Shown here: in pieces, positions 28,201 to 43,200 of the stretch
Position numbering within the stretch: position 1 is the stretch's first letter
Layout of the letters: every line of letters begins with the position of its first letter
Source: Auanema rhodensis
Taxonomy: Eukaryota; Animalia; Nematoda
Assembly (NCBI GenBank): GCA_964057225.1
Contig: OZ059895.1
Location: 1,612,001-1,676,000, forward strand
Length of the DNA stretch: 64,000 bases
Direction: 5' to 3'
Notes under the pieces: generated by a model
What the model was told of the DNA's origin: nothing
The model's input: the letters and a program-made list of their open reading frames with translations, nothing else
The model's database searches: none
Position numbers and translations under genes: made by a program

Positions 28201-31200
28201 TAAGCTGCGTCGATCTGTGTTATCAGATTTGCGCTAGCTTAAAAATGCACCGAGATATCAACTGATATAAGTTAACACTTATATCCTCGATTTTCACCCT
28301 GAAGAAATAATTTTTTCGTTGAATAACATTGTCCATCGTCTTTGCCTTGAAAAAAGGAATCTAAAAACATCTACTTTTTGCTAAATTATTTTGAAATTTT
28401 TCGAAAAAATTTTTGTCAAAATGTTTTTGGAAGCAATGTTGAGTGTACATGGAAACTCAACATACACTAATGCATCATTTTTCAAACGATCATAACTAAT
28501 TTTTGTATCAAGCGTTTCTCAATGTAGTATAGTGCATTCGATGCGGATTTTTAAGCTGCGTCGATCTGTCTTATCAGATTTGCGCTAGCTTAAAAATGCA
28601 CCGAGATATCAACTGATATAAGTTCACACTCATATCCTCGATTTTCACACTGAAGAATTAATTTTTTCGTTGAATAACATTGTCTATCGTCTTTGCCTTG
28701 AAAAATGGAATCTAAAAACATCTACTTTTTGCTAAATTATTTTGAAATTTTTCGAAAAAATTTTTGTCAAAATGTTTTTGGAAGCAATGTTGAGTGTACA
28801 TGGAAACTCAACATACACTAATGCATCATTTTTCAAACGATCATAACTAATTTTTGTATCAAGCGTTTCTCAATGTAGTATAGTGCATTCGATGCGGATT
28901 TTTAAGCTGCGTCGATCTGTCTTATCAGATTTGCGCTAGCTTAAAAATGCACCGAGATATCAACTGATATAAGTTCACACTCATATCCTCGATTTTCACA
29001 CTGAAGAATTAATTTTTTTGTTGAATAACATTGTCTATCGTCTTTGCCTTGAAAAATGGAATCTAAAAACATCTACTTTTTGCTAAATTATTTTGAAATT
29101 TTTCGAAAAAATTTTTGTCAAAATGTTTTTGGAAGCAATGTTGAGTGTACATGGAAACTCAACATACACTAATGCATCATTTTTCAAACGATCATAACTA
29201 ATTTTTGTATTAAGCGTTTCTCAATGTAGTATAGTGCATTCGATGCGGATTTTTAAGCTGCGTCGATCTGTGTTATCAGATTTGCGCTAGCTTAAAAATG
29301 CACCGAGATATCAACTGATATAAGTTCACACTTATATCCTCGATTTTCACCCTGAAGAAATAATTTTTTCGTTGAATAACATTGTCCATCGTCTTTGCCT
29401 TGAAAAAAGGAATCTAAAAACATCTACTTTTTGCTAAATTATTTTGAAATTTTTCGAAAAAATTTTTGTCAAAATGTTTTTGGAAGCAATGTTGAGTGTA
29501 CATGGAAACTCAACATACACTAATGCATCATTTTTCAAACGATCATAACTAATTTTTGTATTAAGCGTTTCTCAATGTAGTATAGTGCATTCGATGCGGA
29601 TTTTTAAGCTGCGTCGATCTGTGTTATCAGATTTGCGCTAGCTTAAAAATGCACCGAGATATCAACTGATATAAGTTCACACTTATATCCTCGATTTTCA
29701 CCCTGAAGAAATAATTTTTTCGTTGAATAACATTGTCCATCGTCTTTGCCTTGAAAAAAGGAATCTGAAAACATCTACTTTTTGCTAAATTATTCTGAAA
29801 TTTTTCGAAAAAATTTTTGTCAAAATGTTTTTGGAAGCAATGTTGAGTGTACATGGAAACTCAACATACACTAATGCATCATTTTTCAAACGATCATAAC
29901 TAATTTTTGTATTAAGCGTTTCTCAATGTAGTATAGTGCATTCGATGCGGATTTTTAAGCTGCGTCGATCTGTGTTATCAGATTTGCGCTAGCTTAAAAA
30001 TGCACCGAGATATCAACTGATATAAGTTCACACTTATATCCTCGATTTTCACCCTGAAGAAATAATTTTTTCGTTGAATAACATTGTCCATCGTCTTTGC
30101 CTTGAAAAAAGGAATCTAAAAACATCTACTTTTTGCTAAATTATTTTGAAATTTTTCGAAACAATTTTTGTCAAAATGTTTTTGGAAGCAATGTTGAGTG
30201 TACATGGAAACTCAACATACACTAATGCATCATTTTTCAAACGATCATAACTTATTTTTGTATCAAGCGTTTCTCAATGTAGTATAGTGCATTCGATGCG
30301 GATTTTTAAGCTGCGTCGATCTGTGTTATCAGATTTGCGCTAGCTTAAAAATGCACCGAGATATCAACTGATATAAGTTCACACTTATATCCTCGATTTT
30401 CACCCTGAAGAAATAATTTTTTCGTTGAATAACATTGTCCATCGTCTTTGCCTTGAAAAAAGGAATCTAAAAACATCTACTTTTTGCTAAATTATTTTGA
30501 AATTTTTCGAAATAATTTTTGTCAAAATGTTTTTGGAAGCAATGTTGAGTGTACATGGAAACTCAACATACACTAATGCATCATTTTTCAAACGATCATA
30601 ACTAATTTTTGTATTAAGCGTTTCTCAATGTAGTATAGTGCATTCGATGCGGATTTTTAAGCTGCGTCGATCTGTGTTATCAGATTTGCGCTAGCTTAAA
30701 AATGCACCGAGATATCAACTGATATAAGTTCACACTTATATCCTCGATTTTCACACTGAAGAATTAATTTTTTCGTTGAATAACATTGTCTATCGTCTTT
30801 GCCTTGAAAAAAGGAATCTAAAAACATCTACTTTTTGCTAAATTATTTTGAAATTTTTCGAAAAAATTTTTGTCAAAATGTTTTTGGAAGCAATGTTGAG
30901 TGTACATGGAAACTCAACATACACTAATGCATCATTTTTCAAACGATCATAACTAATTTTTGTATTAAGCGTTTCTCAATGTAGTATAGTGCATTCGATG
31001 CGGATTTTTAAGCTGCGTCGATCTGTGTTATCAGATTTGCGCTAGCTTAAAAATGCACCGAGATATCAACTGATATAAGTTCACACTTATATCCTCGATT
31101 TTCACCCTGAAGAAATAATTTTTTCGTTGAATAACATTGTCTATCGTCTTTGCCTTGAAAAATGGAATCTAAAAACATCTACTTTTTGCTAAATTATTCT

Positions 31201-34200
31201 GAAATTTTTCGAAACAATTTTTGTCAAAATGTTTTTGGAAGCAATGTTGAGTGTACATGGAAACTCAACATACACTAATGCATCATTTTTCAAACGATCA
31301 TAACTAATTTTTGTATTAAGCGTTTCTCAATGTAGTATAATGCATTCGATGCGGATTTTTAAGCTGCGTCGATCTGTCTTATCAGATTTGCGCTAGCTTA
31401 AAAATGCACCGAGATATCAACTGATATAAGTTAACACTTATATCCTCGATTTTCACCCTGAAGAAATAATTTTTTCGTTGAATAACATTGTCTATCGTCT
31501 TTGCCTTGAAAAATGGAATCTAAAAACATCTACTTTTTGCTAAATTATTTTGAAATTTTTTGAAAAAATTTTTGTCAAAATGTTTTTGGAAGCAATGTTG
31601 AGTGTACATGGAAACTCAACATACACTAATGCATCATTTTTCAAACGATTATAACTAATTTTTGTATTAAGCTTTTCTCAATGTAGTATAGTGCATTCGA
31701 TGCGGATTTTTAAGCTGCGTCGATCTGTGTTATCAGATTTGCGCTAGCTTAAAAATGCACCGAGATATCAACTGATATAAGTTCACACTTATATCCTCGA
31801 TTTTCACCCTGAAGAATTAATTTTTTCGTTGAATAACATTGTCCATCGTCTTTGCCTTGAAAAATGGAATCTAAAAACATTTACTTTTTGCTAAATTATT
31901 TTGAAATTTTTCGAAAAAATTTTTGTCAAAATGTTTTTGGAAGCAATGTTGAGTGTACATGGAAACTCAACATACACTAATGCATCATTTTTCAAACGAT
32001 CATAACTAATTTTTGTATTAAGCTTTTCTCAATGTAGTATAGTGCATTCGATGCGGATTTTTAAGCTGCGTCGATCTGTGTTATCAGATTTGCGCTAGCT
32101 TAAAAATGCACCGAGATATCAACTGATATAAGTTCACACTTATATCCTCGATTTTCACCCTGAAGAATTAATTTTTTCGTTGAATAACATTGTCCATCGT
32201 CTTTGCCTTAAAAAAATGGAATCTAAAAACATCTACTTTTTGCTAAATTATTTTGAAATTTTTCGAAAAAATTTTTGTCAAAATGTTTTTGGAAGCAATG
32301 TTGAGTGTACATGGAAACTCAACATACACTAATGCATCATTTTTCAAACGATCATAACTAATTTTTGTATTAAGCTTTTCTCAATGTAGTATAGTGCATT
32401 CGATGCGGATTTTTAAGCTGCGTCGATCTGTGTTATCAGATTTGCGCTAGCTTAAAAATGCACCGAGATATCAACTGATATAAGTTCACACTTATATCCT
32501 CGATTTTCACCCTGAAGAATTAATTTTTTCGTTGAATAACATTGTCCATCGTCTTTGCCTTGAAAAATGGAATCTAAAAACATCTACTTTTTGCTAAATT
32601 ATTTTGAAATTTTTCGAAAAAATTTTTGTCAAAATGTTTTTGGAAGCAATGTTGAGTGTACATGGAAACTCAACATACACTAATGCATCATTTTTCAAAC
32701 GATTATAACTAATTTTTGTATTAAGCTTTTCTCAATGTAGTATAGTGCATTCGATGCGGATTTTTAAGCTGCGTCGATCTGTGTTATCAGATTTGCGCTA
32801 GCTTAAAAATGCACCGAGATATCAACTGATATAAGTTCACACTTATATCCTCGATTTTCAACCTGAAGAATTAATTTTTTCGTTGAATAACATTGTCCAT
32901 CGTCTTTGCCTTGAAAAATGGAATCTAAAAACATCTACTTTTTGCTAAATTATTTTGAAATTTTTCGAAAAAATTTTTGTCAAAATGTTTTTGGAAGCAA
33001 TGTTGAGTGTACATGGAAACTCAACATACACTAATGCATCATTTTTCAAACGATCATAACTAATTTTTGTATTAAGCTTTTCTCAATGTAGTATAGTGCA
33101 TTCGATGCGGATTTTTAAGCTGCGTCGATCTGTGTTATCAGATTTGCGCTAGCTTAAAAATGCACCGAGATATCAACTGATATAAGTTCACACTTATATC
33201 CTCGATTTTCACCCTGAAGAATTAATTTTTTCGTTGAATAACATTGTCCATCGTCTTTGCCTTGAAAAATGGAATCTAAAAACATCTACTTTTTGCTAAA
33301 TTATTTTGAAATTTTTCGAAAAAATTTTTGTCAAAATGTTTTTGGAAGCAATGTTGAGTGTACATGGAAACTCAACATACACTAATGCATCATTTTTTAA
33401 ACGATCATAACTAATTTTTGTATTGAGCTTTTCTCAGTGTAGTATAGTGCATTCGATGCGGATTTTTAAGCTGCGTCGATCTGTGTTATCAGATTTGCGC
33501 TAGCTTAAAAATGCACCGAGATATCAACTGATATAAGTTTACACTTATATCCTCGATTTTCACCCTGAAGAATTAATTTTTTCGTTGAATAACATCGTCC
33601 ATCGTCTTTGCCTTGAAAAATGAAATCTAAAAACATCTACTTTTTGCTAAATTATTTTGAAATTTTTCGAAAAAATTTTTGTCAAAATGTTTTTGGAAGC
33701 AATGTTGAGTGTACGTGGAAACTCAACATACACTAATGCATCATTTTTCAAACGATCATAACTAATTTTTGTATTAAGCTTTTCTCAATGTAGTATAGTG
33801 CATTCGATGCGGATTTTTAAGCTGCGTCGATCTGTGTTATCAGATTTGCGCTAGCTTAAAAATGCACCGAGATATCAACTGATATAAGTTCACACTTATA
33901 TCCTCGATTTTCACCCTGAAGAATTAATTTTTTCGTTGAATAACATCGTCCATCGTCTTTGCCTTGAAAAATGAAATCTAAAAACATCTACTTTTTGCTA
34001 AATTATTTTGAAATTTTTCGAAAAAATTTTTGTCAAAATGTTTTTGGAAGCAATGTTGAGTGTACATGGAAACTCAACATACACTAATGCATCATTTTTC
34101 AAACGATTATAACTAATTTTTGTATTAAGCTTTTCTCAATGTAGTATAGTGCATTCGATGCGGATTTTTAAGCTGCGTCGATCTGTGTTATCAGATTTGC

Positions 34201-37200
34201 GCTAGCTTAAAAATGCACCGAGATATCAACTGATATAAGTTCACACTTATATCCTCGATTTTCACCCTGAAGAATTAATTTTTTCGTTGAATAACATCGT
34301 CCATCGTCTTTGCCTTGAAAAATGGAATCTAAAAACATCTACTTTTCGCTAAATTATTTTGAAATTTTTCGAAAAAATTTTTGTCAAAATGTTTTTGGAA
34401 GCAATGTTGAGTGTACGTGGAAACTCAACATACACTAATGCATCATTTTTCAAACAATCATAACTAATTTTTGTATTAAGCTTTTCTCAATGTAGTATAG
34501 TGCATTCGATGCGGATTTTTAAGCTGCGTCGATCTGTGTTATCAGATTTGCGCTAGCTTAAAAATGCACCGAGATATCAACTGATATAAGTTCACACTTA
34601 TATCCTCGATTTTCACCCTGAAGAATTAATTTTTTCGTTGAATAACATCGTCCATCGTCTTTGCCTTGAAAAATGAAATCTAAAAACATCTACTTTTTGC
34701 TAAATTATTTTGAAATTTTTCGAAAAAATTTTTGTCAAAATGTTTTTGGAAGCAATGTTGAGTGTACATGGAAACTCAACATACACTAATGCATCATTTT
34801 TCAAACGATTATAACTAATTTTTGTATTAAGCTTTTCTCAATGTAGTATAGTGCATTCGATGCGGATTTTTAAGCTGCGTCGATCTGTGTTATCAGATTT
34901 GCGCTAGCTTAAAAATGCACCGAGATATCAACTGATATAAGTTCACACTTATATCCTCGATTTTCACCCTGAAGAAATAATTTTTTCGTTGAATAACATT
35001 GTCTATCGTCTTTGCCTTGAAAAATGGAATCTAAAAACATCTACTTTTTGCTAAATTATTCTGAAATTTTTCGAAACAATTTTTGTCAAAATGTTTTTGG
35101 AAGCAATGTTGAGTGTACATGGAAACTCAACATACACTAATGCATCATTTTTCAAACGATCATAACTAATTTTTGTATTAAGCGTTTCTCAATGTAGTAT
35201 AATGCATTCGATGCGGATTTTTAAGCTGCGTCGATCTGTCTTATCAGATTTGCGCTAGCTTAAAAATGCACCGAGATATCAACTGATATAAGTTAACACT
35301 TATATCCTCGATTTTCACCCTGAAGAAATAATTTTTTCGTTGAATAACATTGTCTATCGTCTTTGCCTTGAAAAATGGAATCTAAAAACATCTACTTTTT
35401 GCTAAATTATTTTGAAATTTTTCGAAAAAATTTTTGTCAAAATGTTTTTGGAAGCAATGTTGAGTGTACATGGAAACTCAACATACACTAATGCATCATT
35501 TTTCAAACGATCATAACTTATTTTTGTATCAAGCGTTTCTCAATGTAGTATAGTGCATTCGATGCGGATTTTTAAGCTGCGTCGATCTGTCTTATCAGAT
35601 TTGCGCTAGCTTAAAAATGCACCGAGATATCAACTGATATAAGTTCACACTTATATCCTCGATTTTCACACTGAAGAATTAATTTTTTCGTTGAATAACA
35701 TTGTCCATCGTCTTTGCCTTGAAAAAAGGAATCTAAAAACATCTACTTTTTGCTAAATTATTTTGAAATTTTTCGAAAAAATTTTTGTCAAAATGTTTTT
35801 GGAAGCAATGTTGAGTGTACATGGAAACTCAACATACACTAATGCATCATTTTTCAAACGATCATAACTAATTTTTGTATTAAGCGTTTCTCAATGTAGT
35901 ATAGTGCATTCGATGCGGATTTTTAAGCTGCGTCGATCTGTGTTATCAGATTTGCGCTAGCTTAAAAATGCACCGAGATATCAACTGATATAAGTTCACA
36001 CTTATATCCTCGATTTTCACCCTGAAGAAATAATTTTTTCGTTGAATAACATTGTCTATCGTCTTTGCCTTGAAAAATGGAATCTAAAAACATCTACTTT
36101 TTGCTAAATTATTCTGAAATTTTTCGAAACAATTTTTGTCAAAATGTTTTTGGAAGCAATGTTGAGTGTACATGGAAACTCAACATACACTAATGCATCA
36201 TTTTTCAAACGATCATAACTAATTTTTGTATTAAGCGTTTCTCAATGTAGTATAATGCATTCGATGCGGATTTTTAAGCTGCGTCGATCTGTCTTATCAG
36301 ATTTGCGCTAGCTTAAAAATGCACCGAGATATCAACTGATATAAGTTAACACTTATATCCTCGATTTTCACCCTGAAGAAATAATTTTTTCGTTGAATAA
36401 CATTGTCTATCGTCTTTGCCTTGAAAAATGGAATCTAAAAACATCTATTTTTTGCTAAATTATTTTGAAATTTTTCGAAAAAATTTTTGTCAAAATGTTT
36501 TTGGAAGCAATGTTGAGTGTACATGGAAACTCAACATACACTAATGCATCATTTTTCAAACGATCATAACTTATTTTTGTATCAAGCGTTTCTCAATGTA
36601 GTATAGTGCATTCGATGCGGATTTTTAAGCTGCGTCGATCTGTCTTATCAGATTTGCGCTAGCTTAAAAATGCACCGAGATATCAACTGATATAAGTTAA
36701 CACTTATATCCTCGATTTTCACCCTGAAGAATTAATTTTTTCGTTGAATAACATTGTCCATCGTCTTTGCCTTGAAAAATGGAATCTAAAAACATCTACT
36801 TTTTGCTAAATTATTTTGAAATTTTTCGAAAAAATTTTTGTCAAAATGTTTTTGGAAGCAATGTTGAGTGTACATGGAAACTCAACATACACTAATGCAT
36901 CATTTTTCAAACGATCATAACTAATTTTTGTATTCAGCGTTTCTCAATGTAGTATAGTGCATTCGATGCGGATTTTTAAGCTGCGTCGATCTGTGTTATC
37001 AGATTTGCGCTAGCTTAAAAATGCACCGAGATATCAACTGATATAAGTTCACACTTATATCCTCGATTTTCACCCTGAAGAAATAATTTTTTCGTTGAAT
37101 AACATTGTCTATCGTCTTTGCCTTGAAAAATGGAATCTAAAAACATCTACTTTTTGCTAAATTATTCTGAAATTTTTCGAAACAATTTTTGTCAAAATGT

Positions 37201-40200
37201 TTTTGGAAGCAATGTTGAGTGTACATGGAAACTCAACATACACTAATGCATCATTTTTCAAACGATCATAACTAATTTTTGTATTAAGCGTTTCTCAATG
37301 TAGTATAATGCATTCGATGCGGATTTTTAAGCTGCGTCGATCTGTCTTATCAGATTTGCGCTAGCTTAAAAATGCACCGAGATATCAACTGATATAAGTT
37401 AACACTTATATCCTCGATTTTCACCCTGAAGAAATAATTTTTTCGTTGAATAACATTGTCTATCGTCTTTGCCTTGAAAAATGGAATCTAAAAACATCTA
37501 CTTTTTGCTAAATTATTTTGAAATTTTTCGAAAAAATTTTTGTCAAAATGTTTTTGGAAGCAATGTTGAGTGTACATGGAAACTCAACATACACTAATGC
37601 ATCATTTTTCAAACGATCATAACTAATTTTTGTATCAAGCGTTTCTCAATGTAGTATAGTGCATTCGATGCGGATTTTTAAGCTGCGTCGATCTGTCTTA
37701 TCAGATTTGCGCTAGCTTAAAAATGCACCGAGATATCAACTGATATAAGTTCACACTCATATCCTCGATTTTCACACTGAAGAATTAATTTTTTCGTTGA
37801 ATAACATTGTCTATCGTCTTTGCCTTGAAAAATGGAATCTAAAAACATCTACTTTTTGCTAAATTATTTTGAAATTTTTCGAAAAAATTTTTGTCAAAAT
37901 GTTTTTGGAAGCAATGTTGAGTGTACATGGAAACTCAACATACACTAATGCATCATTTTTCAAACGATCATAACTAATTTTTGTATTAAGCGTTTCTCAA
38001 TGTAGTATAGTGCATTCGATGCGGATTTTTAAGCTGCGTCGATCTGTGTTATCAGATTTGCGCTAGCTTAAAAATGCACCGAGATATCAACTGATATAAG
38101 TTCACACTTATATCCTCGATTTTCACCCTGAAGAAATAATTTTTTCGTTGAATAACATTGTCCATCGTCTTTGCCTTGAAAAAAGGAATCTAAAAACATC
38201 TACTTTTTGCTAAATTATTTTGAAATTTTTCGAAAAAATTTTTGTCAAAATGTTTTTGGAAGCAATGTTGAGTGTACATGGAAACTCAACATACACTAAT
38301 GCATCATTTTTCAAACGATCATAACTAATTTTTGTATTAAGCGTTTCTCAATGTAGTATAGTGCATTCGATGCGGATTTTTAAGCTGCGTCGATCTGTGT
38401 TATCAGATTTGCGCTAGCTTAAAAATGCACCGAGATATCAACTGATATAAGTTCACACTTATATCCTCGATTTTCACCCTGAAGAAATAATTTTTTCGTT
38501 GAATAACATTGTCCATCGTCTTTGCCTTGAAAAAAGGAATCTGAAAACATCTACTTTTTGCTAAATTATTCTGAAATTTTTCGAAAAAATTTTTGTCAAA
38601 ATGTTTTTGGAAGCAATGTTGAGTGTACATGGAAACTCAACATACACTAATGCATCATTTTTCAAACGATCATAACTAATTTTTGTATTAAGCGTTTCTC
38701 AATGTAGTATAGTGCATTCGATGCGGATTTTTAAGCTGCGTCGATCTGTGTTATCAGATTTGCGCTAGCTTAAAAATGCACCGAGATATCAACTGATATA
38801 AGTTCACACTTATATCCTCGATTTTCACCCTGAAGAAATAATTTTTTCGTTGAATAACATTGTCCATCGTCTTTGCCTTGAAAAAAGGAATCTAAAAACA
38901 TCTACTTTTTGCTAAATTATTTTGAAATTTTTCGAAACAATTTTTGTCAAAATGTTTTTGGAAGCAATGTTGAGTGTACATGGAAACTCAACATACACTA
39001 ATGCATCATTTTTCAAACGATCATAACTTATTTTTGTATCAAGCGTTTCTCAATGTAGTATAGTGCATTCGATGCGGATTTTTAAGCTGCGTCGATCTGT
39101 GTTATCAGATTTGCGCTAGCTTAAAAATGCACCGAGATATCAACTGATATAAGTTCACACTTATATCCTCGATTTTCACCCTGAAGAAATAATTTTTTCG
39201 TTGAATAACATTGTCCATCGTCTTTGCCTTGAAAAAAGGAATCTAAAAACATCTACTTTTTGCTAAATTATTTTGAAATTTTTCGAAACAATTTTTGTCA
39301 AAATGTTTTTGGAAGCAATGTTGAGTGTACATGGAAACTCAACATACACTAATGCATCATTTTTCAAACGATCATAACTAATTTTTGTATTAAGCGTTTC
39401 TCAATGTAGTATAGTGCATTCGATGCGGATTTTTAAGCTGCGTCGATCTGTGTTATCAGATTTGCGCTAGCTTAAAAATGCACCGAGATATCAACTGATA
39501 TAAGTTCACACTTATATCCTCGATTTTCACACTGAAGAATTAATTTTTTCGTTGAATAACATTGTCTATCGTCTTTGCCTTGAAAAAAGGAATCTAAAAA
39601 CATCTACTTTTTGCTAAATTATTTTGAAATTTTTCGAAAAAATTTTTGTCAAAATGTTTTTGGAAGCAATGTTGAGTGTACATGGAAACTCAACATACAC
39701 TAATGCATCATTTTTCAAACGATCATAACTAATTTTTGTATTAAGCGTTTCTCAATGTAGTATAGTGCATTCGATGCGGATTTTTAAGCTGCGTCGATCT
39801 GTGTTATCAGATTTGCGCTAGCTTAAAAATGCACCGAGATATCAACTGATATAAGTTCACACTTATATCCTCGATTTTCACCCTGAAGAAATAATTTTTT
39901 CGTTGAATAACATTGTCTATCGTCTTTGCCTTGAAAAATGGAATCTAAAAACATCTACTTTTTGCTAAATTATTCTGAAATTTTTCGAAACAATTTTTGT
40001 CAAAATGTTTTTGGAAGCAATGTTGAGTGTACATGGAAACTCAACATACACTAATGCATCATTTTTCAAACGATCATAACTAATTTTTGTATTAAGCGTT
40101 TCTCAATGTAGTATAATGCATTCGATGCGGATTTTTAAGCTGCGTCGATCTGTCTTATCAGATTTGCGCTAGCTTAAAAATGCACCGAGATATCAACTGA

Positions 40201-43200
40201 TATAAGTTAACACTTATATCCTCGATTTTCACCCTGAAGAAATAATTTTTTCGTTGAATAACATTGTCTATCGTCTTTGCCTTGAAAAATGGAATCTAAA
40301 AACATCTACTTTTTGCTAAATTATTTTGAAATTTTTCGAAAAAATTTTTGTCAAAATGTTTTTGGAAGCAATGTTGAGTGTACATGGAAACTCAACATAC
40401 ACTAATGCATCATTTTTCAAACGATCATAACTTATTTTTGTATCAAGCGTTTCTCAATGTAGTATAGTGCATTCGATGCGGATTTTTAAGCTGCGTCGAT
40501 CTGTCTTATCAGATTTGCGCTAGCTTAAAAATGCACCGAGATATCAACTGATATAAGTTCACACTTATATCCTCGATTTTCACACTGAAGAATTAATTTT
40601 TTCGTTGAATAACATTGTCCATCGTCTTTGCCTTGAAAAAAGGAATCTAAAAACATCTACTTTTTGCTAAATTATTTTGAAATTTTTCGAAAAAATTTTT
40701 GTCAAAATGTTTTTGGAAGCAATGTTGAGTGTACATGGAAACTCAACATACACTAATGCATCATTTTTCAAACGATCATAACTAATTTTTGTATTAAGCG
40801 TTTCTCAATGTAGTATAGTGCATTCGATGCGGATTTTTAAGCTGCGTCGATCTGTGTTATCAGATTTGCGCTAGCTTAAAAATGCACCGAGATATCAACT
40901 GATATAAGTTCACACTTATATCCTCGATTTTCACCCTGAAGAAATAATTTTTTCGTTGAATAACATTGTCTATCGTCTTTGCCTTGAAAAATGGAATCTA
41001 AAAACATCTACTTTTTGCTAAATTATTCTGAAATTTTTCGAAACAATTTTTGTCAAAATGTTTTTGGAAGCAATGTTGAGTGTACATGGAAACTCAACAT
41101 ACACTAATGCATCATTTTTCAAACGATCATAACTAATTTTTGTATTAAGCGTTTCTCAATGTAGTATAATGCATTCGATGCGGATTTTTAAGCTGCGTCG
41201 ATCTGTCTTATCAGATTTGCGCTAGCTTAAAAATGCACCGAGATATCAACTGATATAAGTTAACACTTATATCCTCGATTTTCACCCTGAAGAAATAATT
41301 TTTTCGTTGAATAACATTGTCTATCGTCTTTGCCTTGAAAAATGGAATCTAAAAACATCTACTTTTTGCTAAATTATTTTGAAATTTTTCGAAAAAATTT
41401 TTGTCAAAATGTTTTTGGAAGCAATGTTGAGTGTACATGGAAACTCAACATACACTAATGCATCATTTTTCAAACGATCATAACTTATTTTTGTATCAAG
41501 CGTTTCTCAATGTAGTATAGTGCATTCGATGCGGATTTTTAAGCTGCGTCGATCTGTCTTATCAGATTTGCGCTAGCTTAAAAATGCACCGAGATATCAA
41601 CTGATATAAGTTAACACTTATATCCTCGATTTTCACCCTGAAGAATTAATTTTTTCGTTGAATAACATTGTCCATCGTCTTTGCTATGAAAAATGGAATC
41701 TAAAAACATCTACTTTTTGCTAAATTATTTTGAAATTTTTCGAAACAATTTTTGTCAAAATGTTTTTGGAAGCAATGTTGAGTGTACATGGAAACTCAAC
41801 ATACACTAATGCATCATTTTTCAAACGATCATAACTTATTTTTGTATCAAGCGTTTCTCAATGTAGTATAGTGCATTCGATGCGGATTTTTAAGCTGCGT
41901 CGATCTGTGTTATCAGATTTGCGCTAGCTTAAAAATGCACCGAGATATCAACTGATATAAGTTCACACTTATATCCTCGATTTTCACCCTGAAGAAATAA
42001 TTTTTTCGTTGAATAACATTGTCCATCGTCTTTGCCTTGAAAAAAGGAATCTAAAAACATCTACTTTTTGCTAAATTATTTTGAAATTTTTCGAAACAAT
42101 TTTTGTCAAAATGTTTTTGGAAGCAATGTTGAGTGTACATGGAAACTCAACATACACTAATGCATCATTTTTCAAACGATCATAACTAATTTTTGTATTA
42201 AGCGTTTCTCAATGTAGTATAGTGCATTCGATGCGGATTTTTAAGCTGCGTCGATCTGTGTTATCAGATTTGCGCTAGCTTAAAAATGCACCGAGATATC
42301 AACTGATATAAGTTCACACTTATATCCTCGATTTTCACACTGAAGAATTAATTTTTTCGTTGAATAACATTGTCTATCGTCTTTGCCTTGAAAAATGGAA
42401 TCTAAAAACATCTACTTTTTGCTAAATTATTCTGAAATTTTTCGAAACAATTTTTGTCAAAATGTTTTTGGAAGCAATGTTGAGTGTACATGGAAACTCA
42501 ACATACACTAATGCATCATTTTTCAAACGATCATAACTAATTTTTGTATTAAGCGTTTCTCAATGTAGTATAATGCATTCGATGCGGATTTTTAAGCTGC
42601 GTCGATCTGTCTTATCAGATTTGCGCTAGCTTAAAAATGCACCGAGATATCAACTGATATAAGTTAACACTTATATCCTCGATTTTCACCCTGAAGAAAT
42701 AATTTTTTCGTTGAATAACATTGTCTATCGTCTTTGCCTTGAAAAATGGAATCTAAAAACATCTACTTTTTGCTAAATTATTTTGAAATTTTTCGAAAAA
42801 ATTTTTGTCAAAATGTTTTTGGAAGCAATGTTGAGTGTACATGGAAACTCAACATACACTAATGCATCATTTTTCAAACGATCATAACTTATTTTTGTAT
42901 CAAGCGTTTCTCAATGTAGTATAGTGCATTCGATGCGGATTTTTAAGCTGCGTCGATCTGTCTTATCAGATTTGCGCTAGCTTAAAAATGCACCGAGATA
43001 TCAACTGATATAAGTTAACACTTATATCCTCGATTTTCACCCTGAAGAATTAATTTTTTCGTTGAATAACATTGTCCATCGTCTTTGCTATGAAAAATGG
43101 AATCTAAAAACATCTACTTTTTGCTAAATTATTTTGAAATTTTTCGAAACAATTTTTGTCAAAATGTTTTTGGAAGCAATGTTGAGTGTACATGGAAACT

